NCBI GenBank assembly: GCA_048938295.1
Contig: JBHLMI010000003.1
Span: 90,001 to 122,000, forward strand
Source of the DNA: Promethearchaeota archaeon
GTDB taxonomy: Archaea; Asgardarchaeota; Hermodarchaeia; Hermodarchaeales; Hermodarchaeaceae
Reading direction: 5' to 3'
Length of the DNA stretch: 32,000 nt
The notes under the pieces are model-generated. The model saw only the letters and a program-made list of their open reading frames with translations, ran no database searches and had not been told where the DNA came from. The translations under genes were made by a program, and so were the position numbers. Shown here piece by piece: positions 24,299 through 32,000 of this stretch; the first letter of the stretch is position 1; each line of letters starts with the position of its first letter.

Positions 24299-26389
24299 AT
24301 GATTCGTGATGTTTACGTTCTCCGAAGAACAGGTGAGGTCCTCGTACACAAGGCCTTCAGTAAACGTGGTGTAGATGAAGCCATTTTCAGTGGATTCTAC
24401 AGCGCCCTCAGTGCCTTTGCAGAGGAACTTGGACATGGAGGAATCGAAACTATCCGAATGGGGGATGTCAGCTTCTATTATGAGCACAGTGACGACATGC
24501 TATTTGCCCTCGCCACCGATAAATCCCACAACACCAAAGATGCTCGCATCATCCTAACCGAAGTGAAACGCCAGTTCGCTGACAAATACGGTGACCGACT
24601 CAGCGACTATGATGGCAACCCGGCCCCCTTCCAAAAATTCACCAATGAGATCGAAAACATCGTCTCCACAAAGCGGAATGGCGATGGTGAAGACACACTT
24701 TTCACACTTCCCTTTGCACTTGATGGGACAAAACTCAAAGGAAAACAGCTAGCAGAGGCAGATATCGACGGTGAATGCATCCTCGATTCCCGGATAGAGC
24801 TGGCAGCCGTCCACCTCCTCCTTGACGACATCCGCCGAACCAATCCCGGTTATAAATCCCTTAAAGAGGGCTGTTATGAATTCATTACCAAGCTGTTATG
24901 GCCCATGTGGGTCGTAAAAGGTCATGATAAGCGACTTCTCCTAATCGACGGCCTCAAACTCCTGCAACCCCACGTCGAGCGGGGGTTTGTGCCCCCTGCT
25001 GCCCGCTATGAGGCATTACTTAACGTCAACGCGTCCCCCGAATATCTGGCGGTCATGGACAAACTCACTGAAGAAGTCCGCACAGCAGCTCGATCCTCAC
25101 CCATTGAAACCCACGCCCTTCCCGCAGAGCTAGCCCGACTTGTTAGAGCCCTATCGCGTATCACCAACGGCGATAACGGCTTCGGCATTCAACTACCCCA
25201 CCGGTTAAACTACAACCAAGCCAACAAGGAAGCAGACCAATTCTTCGCTGAAGCTCTTGACACCCACCACGAAGCTGCCATTCAATGGAACGAGTTTCGC
25301 ACATTTTTTGACAACGATGTGAAAAAATGGACAGAGCGCATCCACACTGAGATAACAACACTGGAGGAGCATTATGAAACTCGAAAAACCACCCTGAAAC
25401 AAGACATCGATAAAGCTCTCACCGATCTGGCTAAACAAGAAGAAAAAGAAATGGCAACGGTTGACAAATGGCATCAGGCTGAAGAGAAAAAACTCCTTGC
25501 CCCCCTCAAGACCCGACTCGACCCCATTAGTCAAGAGATCAACAGCCAACAGGCAACGATTACCCAATTTCTTACCAGCAATCCCAACGAAGACCTCCAC
25601 GCTGACAAGTTCATTACGAAGCTGAATGAGACGCTTGACCAATTCAACACCTTCGCCAACGAACTACGAAATCAGGCGAAAGAAACCCGTCGACAGATTG
25701 AGCAGACAAAACGTGGAATCGATTCCCTGAAACGTGAAGCTCAGGACCGAAAAAGTAAGGTCAGACTGACCTTTGAAGCCCAAGAAAAAAAGGAGATCAA
25801 ACGTCTCGACGAACTTGAAGATGAACGCCAGATTCGTATCCAAGAAACCAAAGACCGCCTTAACCAACTAGAAAGCCACGCCACTGAGATCGATAAACTC
25901 ATCCAACAACATATTATTCACAGTCAAGAGCAACTTAACACATTTGAAGAGTACCTCCAAGAAGCGAGTGCACCATTGACCGGAGAGCTAACCACCCCCA
26001 TTTATCTCCCTGTATATATGGCCGGGTTGAAACGAGAAGATGAATCAACCCACCTTATTATCATTCCACCCCTCACCATCCCTGCCACTAAAGAAAACGA
26101 GACCATGTCCATTGGACAAAAAACGGCTCCCATTGGCGTGCTCTCACCAGTATTGGTTCAGTATTTGAAAGAACCACTAGAAACCGCTTTAGCAACTGAT
26201 GACAAATTTGCCAAACAGGTGACCCGCATCTCACCTCGACAAAACCTACTCCTTGACCCCAAGATCGAAAGTTTGCTTTACTCGGGGCTCCATGCACTGT
26301 GGCAATCCAAGCTAATTCCAGAACACACCCATACTCAGGTAAAGCTAGCCTGTATCGATATTTACCGCAGTACAAATGGCAACACATGA
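24299..26389 (+). CDS. Longin-domain protein with long central coiled coil (about 696 aa)
   Basis: From ATG 24299: MIRDVYVLRRTGEVLV......VDEAIFSGFYSALSAFAEEL...IETIRMGD..FYY...DMLFAL.TD...F...Y......G....F..F is the Asgard longin pattern; about 230 aa of heptad-rich sequence at about 25260-25970. The track start of 24233 is probably too long. Confidence 0.8.
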   Translation: MIRDVYVLRRTGEVLVHKAFSKRGVDEAIFSGFYSALSAFAEELGHGGIETIRMGDVSFYYEHSDDMLFALATDKSHNTKDARIILTEVKRQFADKYGDRLSDYDGNPAPFQKFTNEIENIVSTKRNGDGEDTLFTLPFALDGTKLKGKQLAEADIDGECILDSRIELAAVHLLLDDIRRTNPGYKSLKEGCYEFITKLLWPMWVVKGHDKRLLLIDGLKLLQPHVERGFVPPAARYEALLNVNASPEYLAVMDKLTEEVRTAARSSPIETHALPAELARLVRALSRITNGDNGFGIQLPHRLNYNQANKEADQFFAEALDTHHEAAIQWNEFRTFFDNDVKKWTERIHTEITTLEEHYETRKTTLKQDIDKALTDLAKQEEKEMATVDKWHQAEEKKLLAPLKTRLDPISQEINSQQATITQFLTSNPNEDLHADKFITKLNETLDQFNTFANELRNQAKETRRQIEQTKRGIDSLKREAQDRKSKVRLTFEAQEKKEIKRLDELEDERQIRIQETKDRLNQLESHATEIDKLIQQHIIHSQEQLNTFEEYLQEASAPLTGELTTPIYLPVYMAGLKREDESTHLIIIPPLTIPATKENETMSIGQKTAPIGVLSPVLVQYLKEPLETALATDDKFAKQVTRISPRQNLLLDPKIESLLYSGLHALWQSKLIPEHTHTQVKLACIDIYRSTNGNT

Positions 26390-26404
26390 GAACCTGACTG
26401 TTAA

Positions 26405-27050
26405 TTACAGGTTGGGCATAATTTCCTGGGCAATTGTTTTAATATTATATTTCATCTTTGAAGGGTGTACCAGCTGTAGAGCACGATGAGTGGCTCCTGC
26501 TTTAGCATACTCGTTGATACGGGCTAGACAGTCTGAGGGAGCTCCAAGGATGGCTCGAGACTCATCTAGTGGTTTCCCCCACTTAAGCAACTGCTGCTTA
26601 GCCTCTTGCAAAGAGGTCCCAACTTGAAAAAACACTGGCAATAATTTCCAACTCACTTAGTCGTCACCCCTGGAAATTCATCATTTCATCCAAAAGCCGT
26701 AAACGCCGACTAGCCCAGTTATGGAAAGGGCAAACGGCATCCAACCCTGCCCAAAGGTTACTATCAATTCAAGCACCCGAATCGAACCTCCCCCAATAAG
26801 AACGGTGGATGTGGCTGTTGCATAGGTTTGGGTTCACAGGTTACATCGTCTACCTGATAGTACGTCCCCTGAAATGTAATCACGTTTTCAGTCCAGTAAC
26901 TTCGAAGCAGTTGGAGACCTTCTTCGGTCTGTGAAAGACGCTTCGAATGGGGCAAAAACAGTACATCTATCCAGTCAAATTCCTCCCGATGCCATCCTGC
27001 CCCCACACCAAATGAACACGGTGCGAAGTTATATCAGCCTTCTCCCTGAG
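26405..27050 (-). pseudogene. Decayed, 5'-truncated LLM-class (luciferase-like, flavin/F420-dependent) oxidoreductase
   Basis: Joining frames gives GVGAGWHREEF...EEGLQLLRSYWT...FQGTYYQV....EPKPMQQPHPP..GGGS.RVL....GQGWMP...ILGAP..CLARI.EY..AG...EIMPNL. This needs three frameshifts (about 26795, about 26710, A6 run 26627-26632) and read-through of a TGA (26664-26666); the N-terminal roughly 100 aa are missing. Confidence 0.85.
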
Positions 27051-27065
27051 CCGGCAGAAACCCCG

Positions 27066-27746
27066 TCACTCGGAGTTTTGCAGCTTCTTCCCTTCAGAAC
27101 CTACACCTCGTCGGGAAGCCAGATGGCGCAGCAAACTGACCGTGGTTCGTAATTTCGATGTCTCCTTCAGAATCAGGGTCTCAGCAGCCTCATTATTCGA
27201 GACCATATTCGCTCTAGTAAGCACCTTCTGCATCCAAGCCAGCTGTTCGGTATCAAAGGCCGAGTTAGTAATGGTCTTGGAGGCGACATCGATGGTCATC
27301 AGCTGCTTGGTCGAATCAGGAAGCCCAGTATATTCTTCCTTGGTCACCATATACAAACAGGCCCCGATGTCCACACTATCCGGTAACACCCGATCCATGA
27401 AATCACGGATGCCCACCGTAACCACCAAGGACCCAATGAGCACAACGGTTTGCTCGCTAACCCCCGCTGTCAACAGCGCAGATAGAACATCAATTCCAAG
27501 ATTATTGTAAGCAGTCCGCACCGTAAATTTCACAGGTCGAAAATCCTCGGGAACAGGTTCTTCTTCAGTAGGATAGCCTAAAATGAGGCCGGCACGTGAG
27601 AATTCGACCCGGAACTCATGCTCGCAGATTTTTCCAGCAACAACCCGGCCTGTAATGGTGTTACCTTGAACCTTGTCCCAAGCCCCTTCTGGCACCTCTA
27701 GTGTACCTTCTGTGTGGCAAATGGGACAGATGACTTTTAATTTCAC
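27066..27746 (-). CDS. Hypothetical protein with N-terminal CPxC...CxH putative zinc-binding domain (226 aa)
   Basis: MKLKVICPIC...LEVP...GKICEHEF.V motif, of a type I recognise from Asgard proteomes; GTG start after AAGGTG RBS. Confidence 0.8.
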   Translation of the reverse strand: MKLKVICPICHTEGTLEVPEGAWDKVQGNTITGRVVAGKICEHEFRVEFSRAGLILGYPTEEEPVPEDFRPVKFTVRTAYNNLGIDVLSALLTAGVSEQTVVLIGSLVVTVGIRDFMDRVLPDSVDIGACLYMVTKEEYTGLPDSTKQLMTIDVASKTITNSAFDTEQLAWMQKVLTRANMVSNNEAAETLILKETSKLRTTVSLLRHLASRRGVGSEGKKLQNSE

Positions 27747-28256
27747 AGGTACACACCTTGCAATGACAACCCACTGAGTCCAAGGCTAGGTTCTTGCTCA
27801 AATATCCTTCTTTTTCTATAAATAGCTAAGGAATGCTGATTTTCCTCGGTTGCATCTCACTTAAAGGCTTTTATTACTACGAAAACCTAATTAAATAGCA
27901 TTATAGTTTAAAATTTTTCCTTTTGATTTCATTAAAAAACCTCAAGGATCATCGAGCTAAAAACCAAGTTAAAGCCATGAAGTCACCTATCGCTCCGTGC
28001 GGCAAACAACCGAAGAGTTGCACCCTGACTGAAGCCAGAGGGACAGATTTCTGTGATTCTTTACTAGCATTATTGTTTAGATAATAGTACAGCTAAATGT
28101 ATTTAAGGCGTCTCATCGCCGTCTCAGTAGCGGTTTGGTTCATTTCCAGACGGAAACCAGGGATACTCAGTGGCATATGATCAGACTATGCAACCCATTT
28201 ACAACGCTTGAACGCCTTGAAACCGCATACGAACCGCAACCTCAAGGTCGATATGC

Positions 28257-31200
28257 ATGAATCGTCGAATCCTGATCTGTGTGACATTTTTCGCGTTATT
28301 CTTATTTTCCTCTAATAGTGTGGCTGTACCAATTTCGGACACTTTTGGGACTTCAGCATTTGGAAAGGCAGGTGAAGGAGTCGAAGCGAATTATGTTCCT
28401 TCCCCATCAATGCCTCCACCGTTACCTGAGGGACCCATCTATTCAGATGGTGAATTCCAGTATGCAGGACTGGGAGCCCCACTTACCACAAAGGAGTATG
28501 CTGAAGGATCCAACCGCTCCTTGCAGATTTCTAATTTTAATTATCTTGACAATAGATATGGCGAAGTCCGATTACCAAGACAGTGGACAGGTTATCGATT
28601 AGAAGCTGATGTATACAACCTATATGACCAACCCTATTTTGTTCAAGGCATTCGTGAAAATGGAACCTTTGAATCAATCGCTGAATGGGACACTCAAAAT
28701 AATGGCATGGGAGACAATACTTCGAACCCCTATTATGGAACCAGATGGGGTTCGGCTTATGGTTATTCAGGAAATGGTGTACAAACTTGGGTTGAATGGA
28801 ATACGGGATGGACCTGGAATGTGAATTCCTATGTGGTTTGGCGAAACAATATTACCATTCAACGTGACGACCCTGTCTATGCCAAACTTACCTTCCGCGT
28901 GCGAGTAAATCTTATCGCAGGTGCTAGTGAGGCGCGAGGTCGGATGGTCATTTATGCTGAAATCGCAGGTATTGTCTATCGACTACTACTGGATGAACAT
29001 TGTCCAAATAATGGACAATGGTACCAATTGAGCATCTCAGTACCAGCTGATGACTTACTCACCTGGTCTGTACCTGATATCATCCAGGTTCGCTTAGGTT
29101 TGGGATTCACAGGTTTGCAAACATCTTGGGATTATGAGTATTGGGGACTGAATTTTGATGATGTAACCCTTGAAGTGCGAGGCCTCGTTAACCCCAATGA
29201 TACCACCTGGCTGGATTTAGTAATGAATTCCACAATTGCACAAACGGCAGGATATGGATATGGATCTTATTCACTTGTTGGAACCTGGCCCAACCCTACC
29301 ACAGAGCATAAGCGAGTCGTGGCGCATTGGCAAGCCACCGATACGGATGCTCGACTTGTTCAATTCACGTATAACCTTACCTTATACATTACCCGAGATT
29401 ACACAACCGAACAACAAACCGGACCAGATGGTTCAGCTTTTACGGCAAAGAATGGCCCAACTGCGTATTGGACCACTTGGATGTATGCCTATCAGCCATA
29501 CTTCTTTTCACAATACAACCTTTCCATGACCAGACCCACCACGGAAACTTGGACGATTTCTAATGTTACAGACCCACTCTTCACAGATCGAACAAGTGCA
29601 GTTTCAGCAAATTCAACCCACTTTCTTCTTTCAAGTTCTGCGATCAATGACATCTATGGCTGGTGGAACTTCACGTTCTCCTCGGTGAATCGCATCACAT
29701 CCATTAGTGGTCTTGCTTCAAATTATTACATCGGAGATATTCTTTCCATCGATGTCAATCATGATACGGTGACCTCTGGCCAATGCAACATCACTATCTA
29801 CGATTCCAATCACCAAGTCGTCCATGAGGAGTCTAAATCGTTGACGGGGTCCACCGTCGTCTCTTTCAGCAAACTCTTTGACAGTGGCGACACGTTCGCC
29901 GCTGGGCTGTACACCATCTGTGCCACTTACGATAATGGTGCCACGGGGTCCATGACCAGTGCTGGATTCGTTTCGTCAACCTTCAAGATCATTCATACCA
30001 CCGACATGACCATCGAAGGAGGGGCGTTAACTAAAATCGTAGACTACTCGACTTTAACCACCTTCTTCATACGCCTCACCTATGACGATTTGGACAAAAC
30101 CGTCAACCCGTGGGTTGCCAACACCACTGGAACTGTCCGAATTAACGGCACCGTCGATGGCAACTTCATAGAATTCCAACAATTCGGAAACCTCTACCAA
30201 GTCGAAATCGACAACGACCTGATGATTCCCGGGAATTATCCGTTCGTCATTCAAGCAGATGACCCCTACCACGATTATACGACAGATTCAATTACTCTGC
30301 AGGTTCGTAGCGATGCTTCTCTCAGTTCACCTCAATCCCCAGGTTTTACCATTGCCTATGACGAATCCTTTACAGCTGCAATATGGTATGAAGATGCAGC
30401 TCACAATGGAATTGAAAACGCGCTCATCACCACTAACTGGCCAGGAAGTCCCGTTTCCACCCTTAACGGATCAGGGTGGTATAATATCACTTATGATACA
30501 AATGACCTAGGCTTTCCGCAAACCTTTGTATTGAATGTCCAAGCAGAAAGGAATTACTATACACCACGGAGCATTGTCCTCACTATTGTTGTGAGAGAAA
30601 TTGCGACCTCCATTACCTATTCGACACCGGGGTCAGTACCCTACGGCGAGGACATAACTATTCCGTTTAATTTCACCGTAAATGATCCAGGGCATAACCA
30701 GGATGAAGATGGCATCGGTTCGGTCCAAAAAAGCGATCTTACACTCACTCTAGACGGTTCAGGCCTTAACCCAGCCGATTTCACATTCGCCCAAGGTCCT
30801 CAACCGGGCATGTATTCCATCACCATTCTCTTTGCGAGTACTAAAATCAGCTCAATCAAAAGTTATACCCTTCGATTGGCTGTTGCGGCGCCATCAGATG
30901 AATATGCCGATGCGTCAACCTCTATTGGGTTCAGTGTGCGGCGTTTACGATCTTCTTTGACCTACGACGCTCCGGCCGCAGAACCATGGGGCAATGACAT
31001 GGTAATTGTCTTCTATTATACAGTAGACGACCCTATTAGCGGAAGCGATGGAAACGCCATCACTACATTAGGTCTCTCAACCATAAGCTGTCAATTGAAT
31101 GGCTCGGTAGTGAGTAGTTTTGGTTGGACCCAGCCGATTAGCGGTCAATATGTGCTTACAATTTATTCCTCTGATATCACCCAGGTCATCAAATTCCGCC

Positions 31201-32000
31201 TTTACATCACAGCCGATAATAGCACAGACGTTTATGAGGGAGCAGCGCGGACACTACATTTCGTTATCCGTGCCCATCAAACCCAAGCCATTGTCGATCC
31301 GCCCGCTGAAACTGTATTAGGACAAGATACACCGCTTTCGGTTCAATGGGTAGATCTAGATGCTGGAGGCGATGTGCTAGGAAACCTTACAAGCATTGTT
31401 GTGTCGAACTGTCCGGTTGGTGGCGATCAAACTTTTGGCATACTAGCTTTCACTTTGGACACTGATAGTTGGCCTGTTGGCACACATGTCCTCACCTTGA
31501 CTGTTAATCCTGATACATCACCCGGTTGGTACATAGGTGATAGCGCCACCGTCAATGTTGTAATCCGTATTCATTACACCGGAGTTACGATTCAACCACC
31601 TAACCCCACACCCCATGGGTTCAATACCCAAATCACCGTAATCTGGACTGATTTAGATATCGGTGGAAATGTTCCTGGAGGCGAACTCTTTCAAGTAATT
31701 GTCTCTGATTGCCCGGTTGGCGGTGACCAGACTTTCACCAGCCTCGCCTTCACCTTGGACACCACAAGCTGGACTATCAGCAGCGGCTATACCCTAAATG
31801 TCACCGTCTATGCAACCACCGGTCCACGGTCCTATAGCGATGCATGGGCAGTAGTCTCGGTAGTTATCCGCATCCACCGTGTTGAAGTCGTAATCCCGAC
31901 CCCGTCACCTACCCCATGGGGCTTCAATACACCCATGAGTGTAACATGGCGGGATCTTGATACAGGTACCACCATTTCAGGAGCTAATCTAGATAATATT
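28257..32000 (+). CDS. Giant secreted / surface-layer-like protein with tandem Ig-like repeats; 3' end beyond window (1248 aa visible)
   Basis: Translated by hand from ATG 28257 (MNRRILICVTFFALFLFSSNSVA, signal peptide); frame open to 32000 (...SGANLDNI). Thr/Ser/Asn/aromatic-rich beta sequence, more than 20 N-x-S/T sequons, about 100-aa repeats in the distal part. Absent from the ORF track. Confidence 0.92.
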   Translation, partial: MNRRILICVTFFALFLFSSNSVAVPISDTFGTSAFGKAGEGVEANYVPSPSMPPPLPEGPIYSDGEFQYAGLGAPLTTKEYAEGSNRSLQISNFNYLDNRYGEVRLPRQWTGYRLEADVYNLYDQPYFVQGIRENGTFESIAEWDTQNNGMGDNTSNPYYGTRWGSAYGYSGNGVQTWVEWNTGWTWNVNSYVVWRNNITIQRDDPVYAKLTFRVRVNLIAGASEARGRMVIYAEIAGIVYRLLLDEHCPNNGQWYQLSISVPADDLLTWSVPDIIQVRLGLGFTGLQTSWDYEYWGLNFDDVTLEVRGLVNPNDTTWLDLVMNSTIAQTAGYGYGSYSLVGTWPNPTTEHKRVVAHWQATDTDARLVQFTYNLTLYITRDYTTEQQTGPDGSAFTAKNGPTAYWTTWMYAYQPYFFSQYNLSMTRPTTETWTISNVTDPLFTDRTSAVSANSTHFLLSSSAINDIYGWWNFTFSSVNRITSISGLASNYYIGDILSIDVNHDTVTSGQCNITIYDSNHQVVHEESKSLTGSTVVSFSKLFDSGDTFAAGLYTICATYDNGATGSMTSAGFVSSTFKIIHTTDMTIEGGALTKIVDYSTLTTFFIRLTYDDLDKTVNPWVANTTGTVRINGTVDGNFIEFQQFGNLYQVEIDNDLMIPGNYPFVIQADDPYHDYTTDSITLQVRSDASLSSPQSPGFTIAYDESFTAAIWYEDAAHNGIENALITTNWPGSPVSTLNGSGWYNITYDTNDLGFPQTFVLNVQAERNYYTPRSIVLTIVVREIATSITYSTPGSVPYGEDITIPFNFTVNDPGHNQDEDGIGSVQKSDLTLTLDGSGLNPADFTFAQGPQPGMYSITILFASTKISSIKSYTLRLAVAAPSDEYADASTSIGFSVRRLRSSLTYDAPAAEPWGNDMVIVFYYTVDDPISGSDGNAITTLGLSTISCQLNGSVVSSFGWTQPISGQYVLTIYSSDITQVIKFRLYITADNSTDVYEGAARTLHFVIRAHQTQAIVDPPAETVLGQDTPLSVQWVDLDAGGDVLGNLTSIVVSNCPVGGDQTFGILAFTLDTDSWPVGTHVLTLTVNPDTSPGWYIGDSATVNVVIRIHYTGVTIQPPNPTPHGFNTQITVIWTDLDIGGNVPGGELFQVIVSDCPVGGDQTFTSLAFTLDTTSWTISSGYTLNVTVYATTGPRSYSDAWAVVSVVIRIHRVEVVIPTPSPTPWGFNTPMSVTWRDLDTGTTISGANLDNI
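31263..32000 (+). repeat. Intragenic tandem repeats of about 100 codons
   Basis: VIR(A/I)H at 31263, 31560 and 31863; WxDLD in each unit; CPVGGDQTF..LAFTLDT.SW at 31410 and 31710, exactly 300 nt apart with visible DNA similarity. Confidence 0.85.

Noticed and set aside
25205-25642. 145-aa antisense ORF inside the longin/coiled-coil gene (and similar antisense ORFs elsewhere)
   Set aside because: Expected by-product of Glu/Lys/Gln-rich codons read on the opposite strand; no motif, no RBS.
24299-26389. SMC/Rad50-like ATPase
   Set aside because: No Walker A, Walker B or signature motif, and no zinc hook; only the coiled-coil topology is reminiscent.
26405-27006. Programmed frameshifting or stop read-through restoring the LLM enzyme
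   Set aside because: Too many independent lesions plus a missing N-terminus; simple decay is more parsimonious.
19850-27750. Impression of C-over-G skew on the plus strand, suggesting a compositional boundary
   Set aside because: Could not be quantified by eye and is confounded by codon usage; a sliding-window GC-skew calculation would be needed.
27977-28084. 35-codon Cys-containing ORF and two small hairpins with GGCAAAC resembling a c-di-GMP-I riboswitch start
   Set aside because: No RBS or recognisable motif for the ORF; the riboswitch consensus (GAAA tetraloop, GACGCAAAGC) is absent, and it lies upstream of the likely promoter.
28318-31320. Track ORFs 28318..28602, 28609..28824, 29236..29529, 30054..30272, 30259..30510, 31120..31320
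   Set aside because: Out-of-frame or antisense shadows of the continuous giant ORF starting at 28257.
1-32000. tRNA, rRNA, CRISPR array, transposase/integrase, diversity-generating retroelement
   Set aside because: No T-loop/cloverleaf pattern, no regularly spaced 25-40 nt repeats, and no transposase, integrase or reverse-transcriptase motifs seen. The only near-duplicated segments are in-frame protein repeats.

Overview
Archaeal window, most likely an Asgard archaeon of the Thorarchaeia/Hermodarchaeia type. This is inferred from co-occurring eukaryote-signature-like genes (Rab/Ras-like GTPase, longin-domain protein, gelsolin-domain protein), archaeal BRE/TATA promoters and GGTGA/GGAGG-type ribosome-binding sites. 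Left part: two paralogous secreted LVIVD-repeat proteins; the first runs off the window and is absent from the ORF track, the second ends in FN3 plus a PGF-CTERM-like anchor. Next is an apparent lipid-linked-sugar glycosylation module: sugar-1-P nucleotidyltransferase, DPM1-like GT2, LPG-synthase-type flippase, DUF362 protein and two tandem GT-C membrane glycosyltransferases. Middle part: small GTPase, HDAC/AcuC, and an HSR1/Phr-like regulator divergent from Hsp20 with three copies of a 21-bp palindromic operator between them. These are followed by a Nudix hydrolase, a five-zinc-ribbon protein with a CdvA-like coiled coil beside a gelsolin+domain-X protein, and an M28/DUF4910 peptidase gene group. 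Right part: a third GT-C, a longin/long coiled-coil protein, a decayed luciferase-like monooxygenase, a CPxC/CxH protein, and the first 1248 codons of a giant secreted Ig-like-repeat protein (also absent from the ORF track). No tRNA, rRNA, CRISPR array or mobile element could be supported. The best leads are the DUF362-containing glycosylation module, the gelsolin-X / zinc-ribbon-CdvA-like pair and the heat-shock operator. All family assignments come from motif recognition by eye, not database searches.
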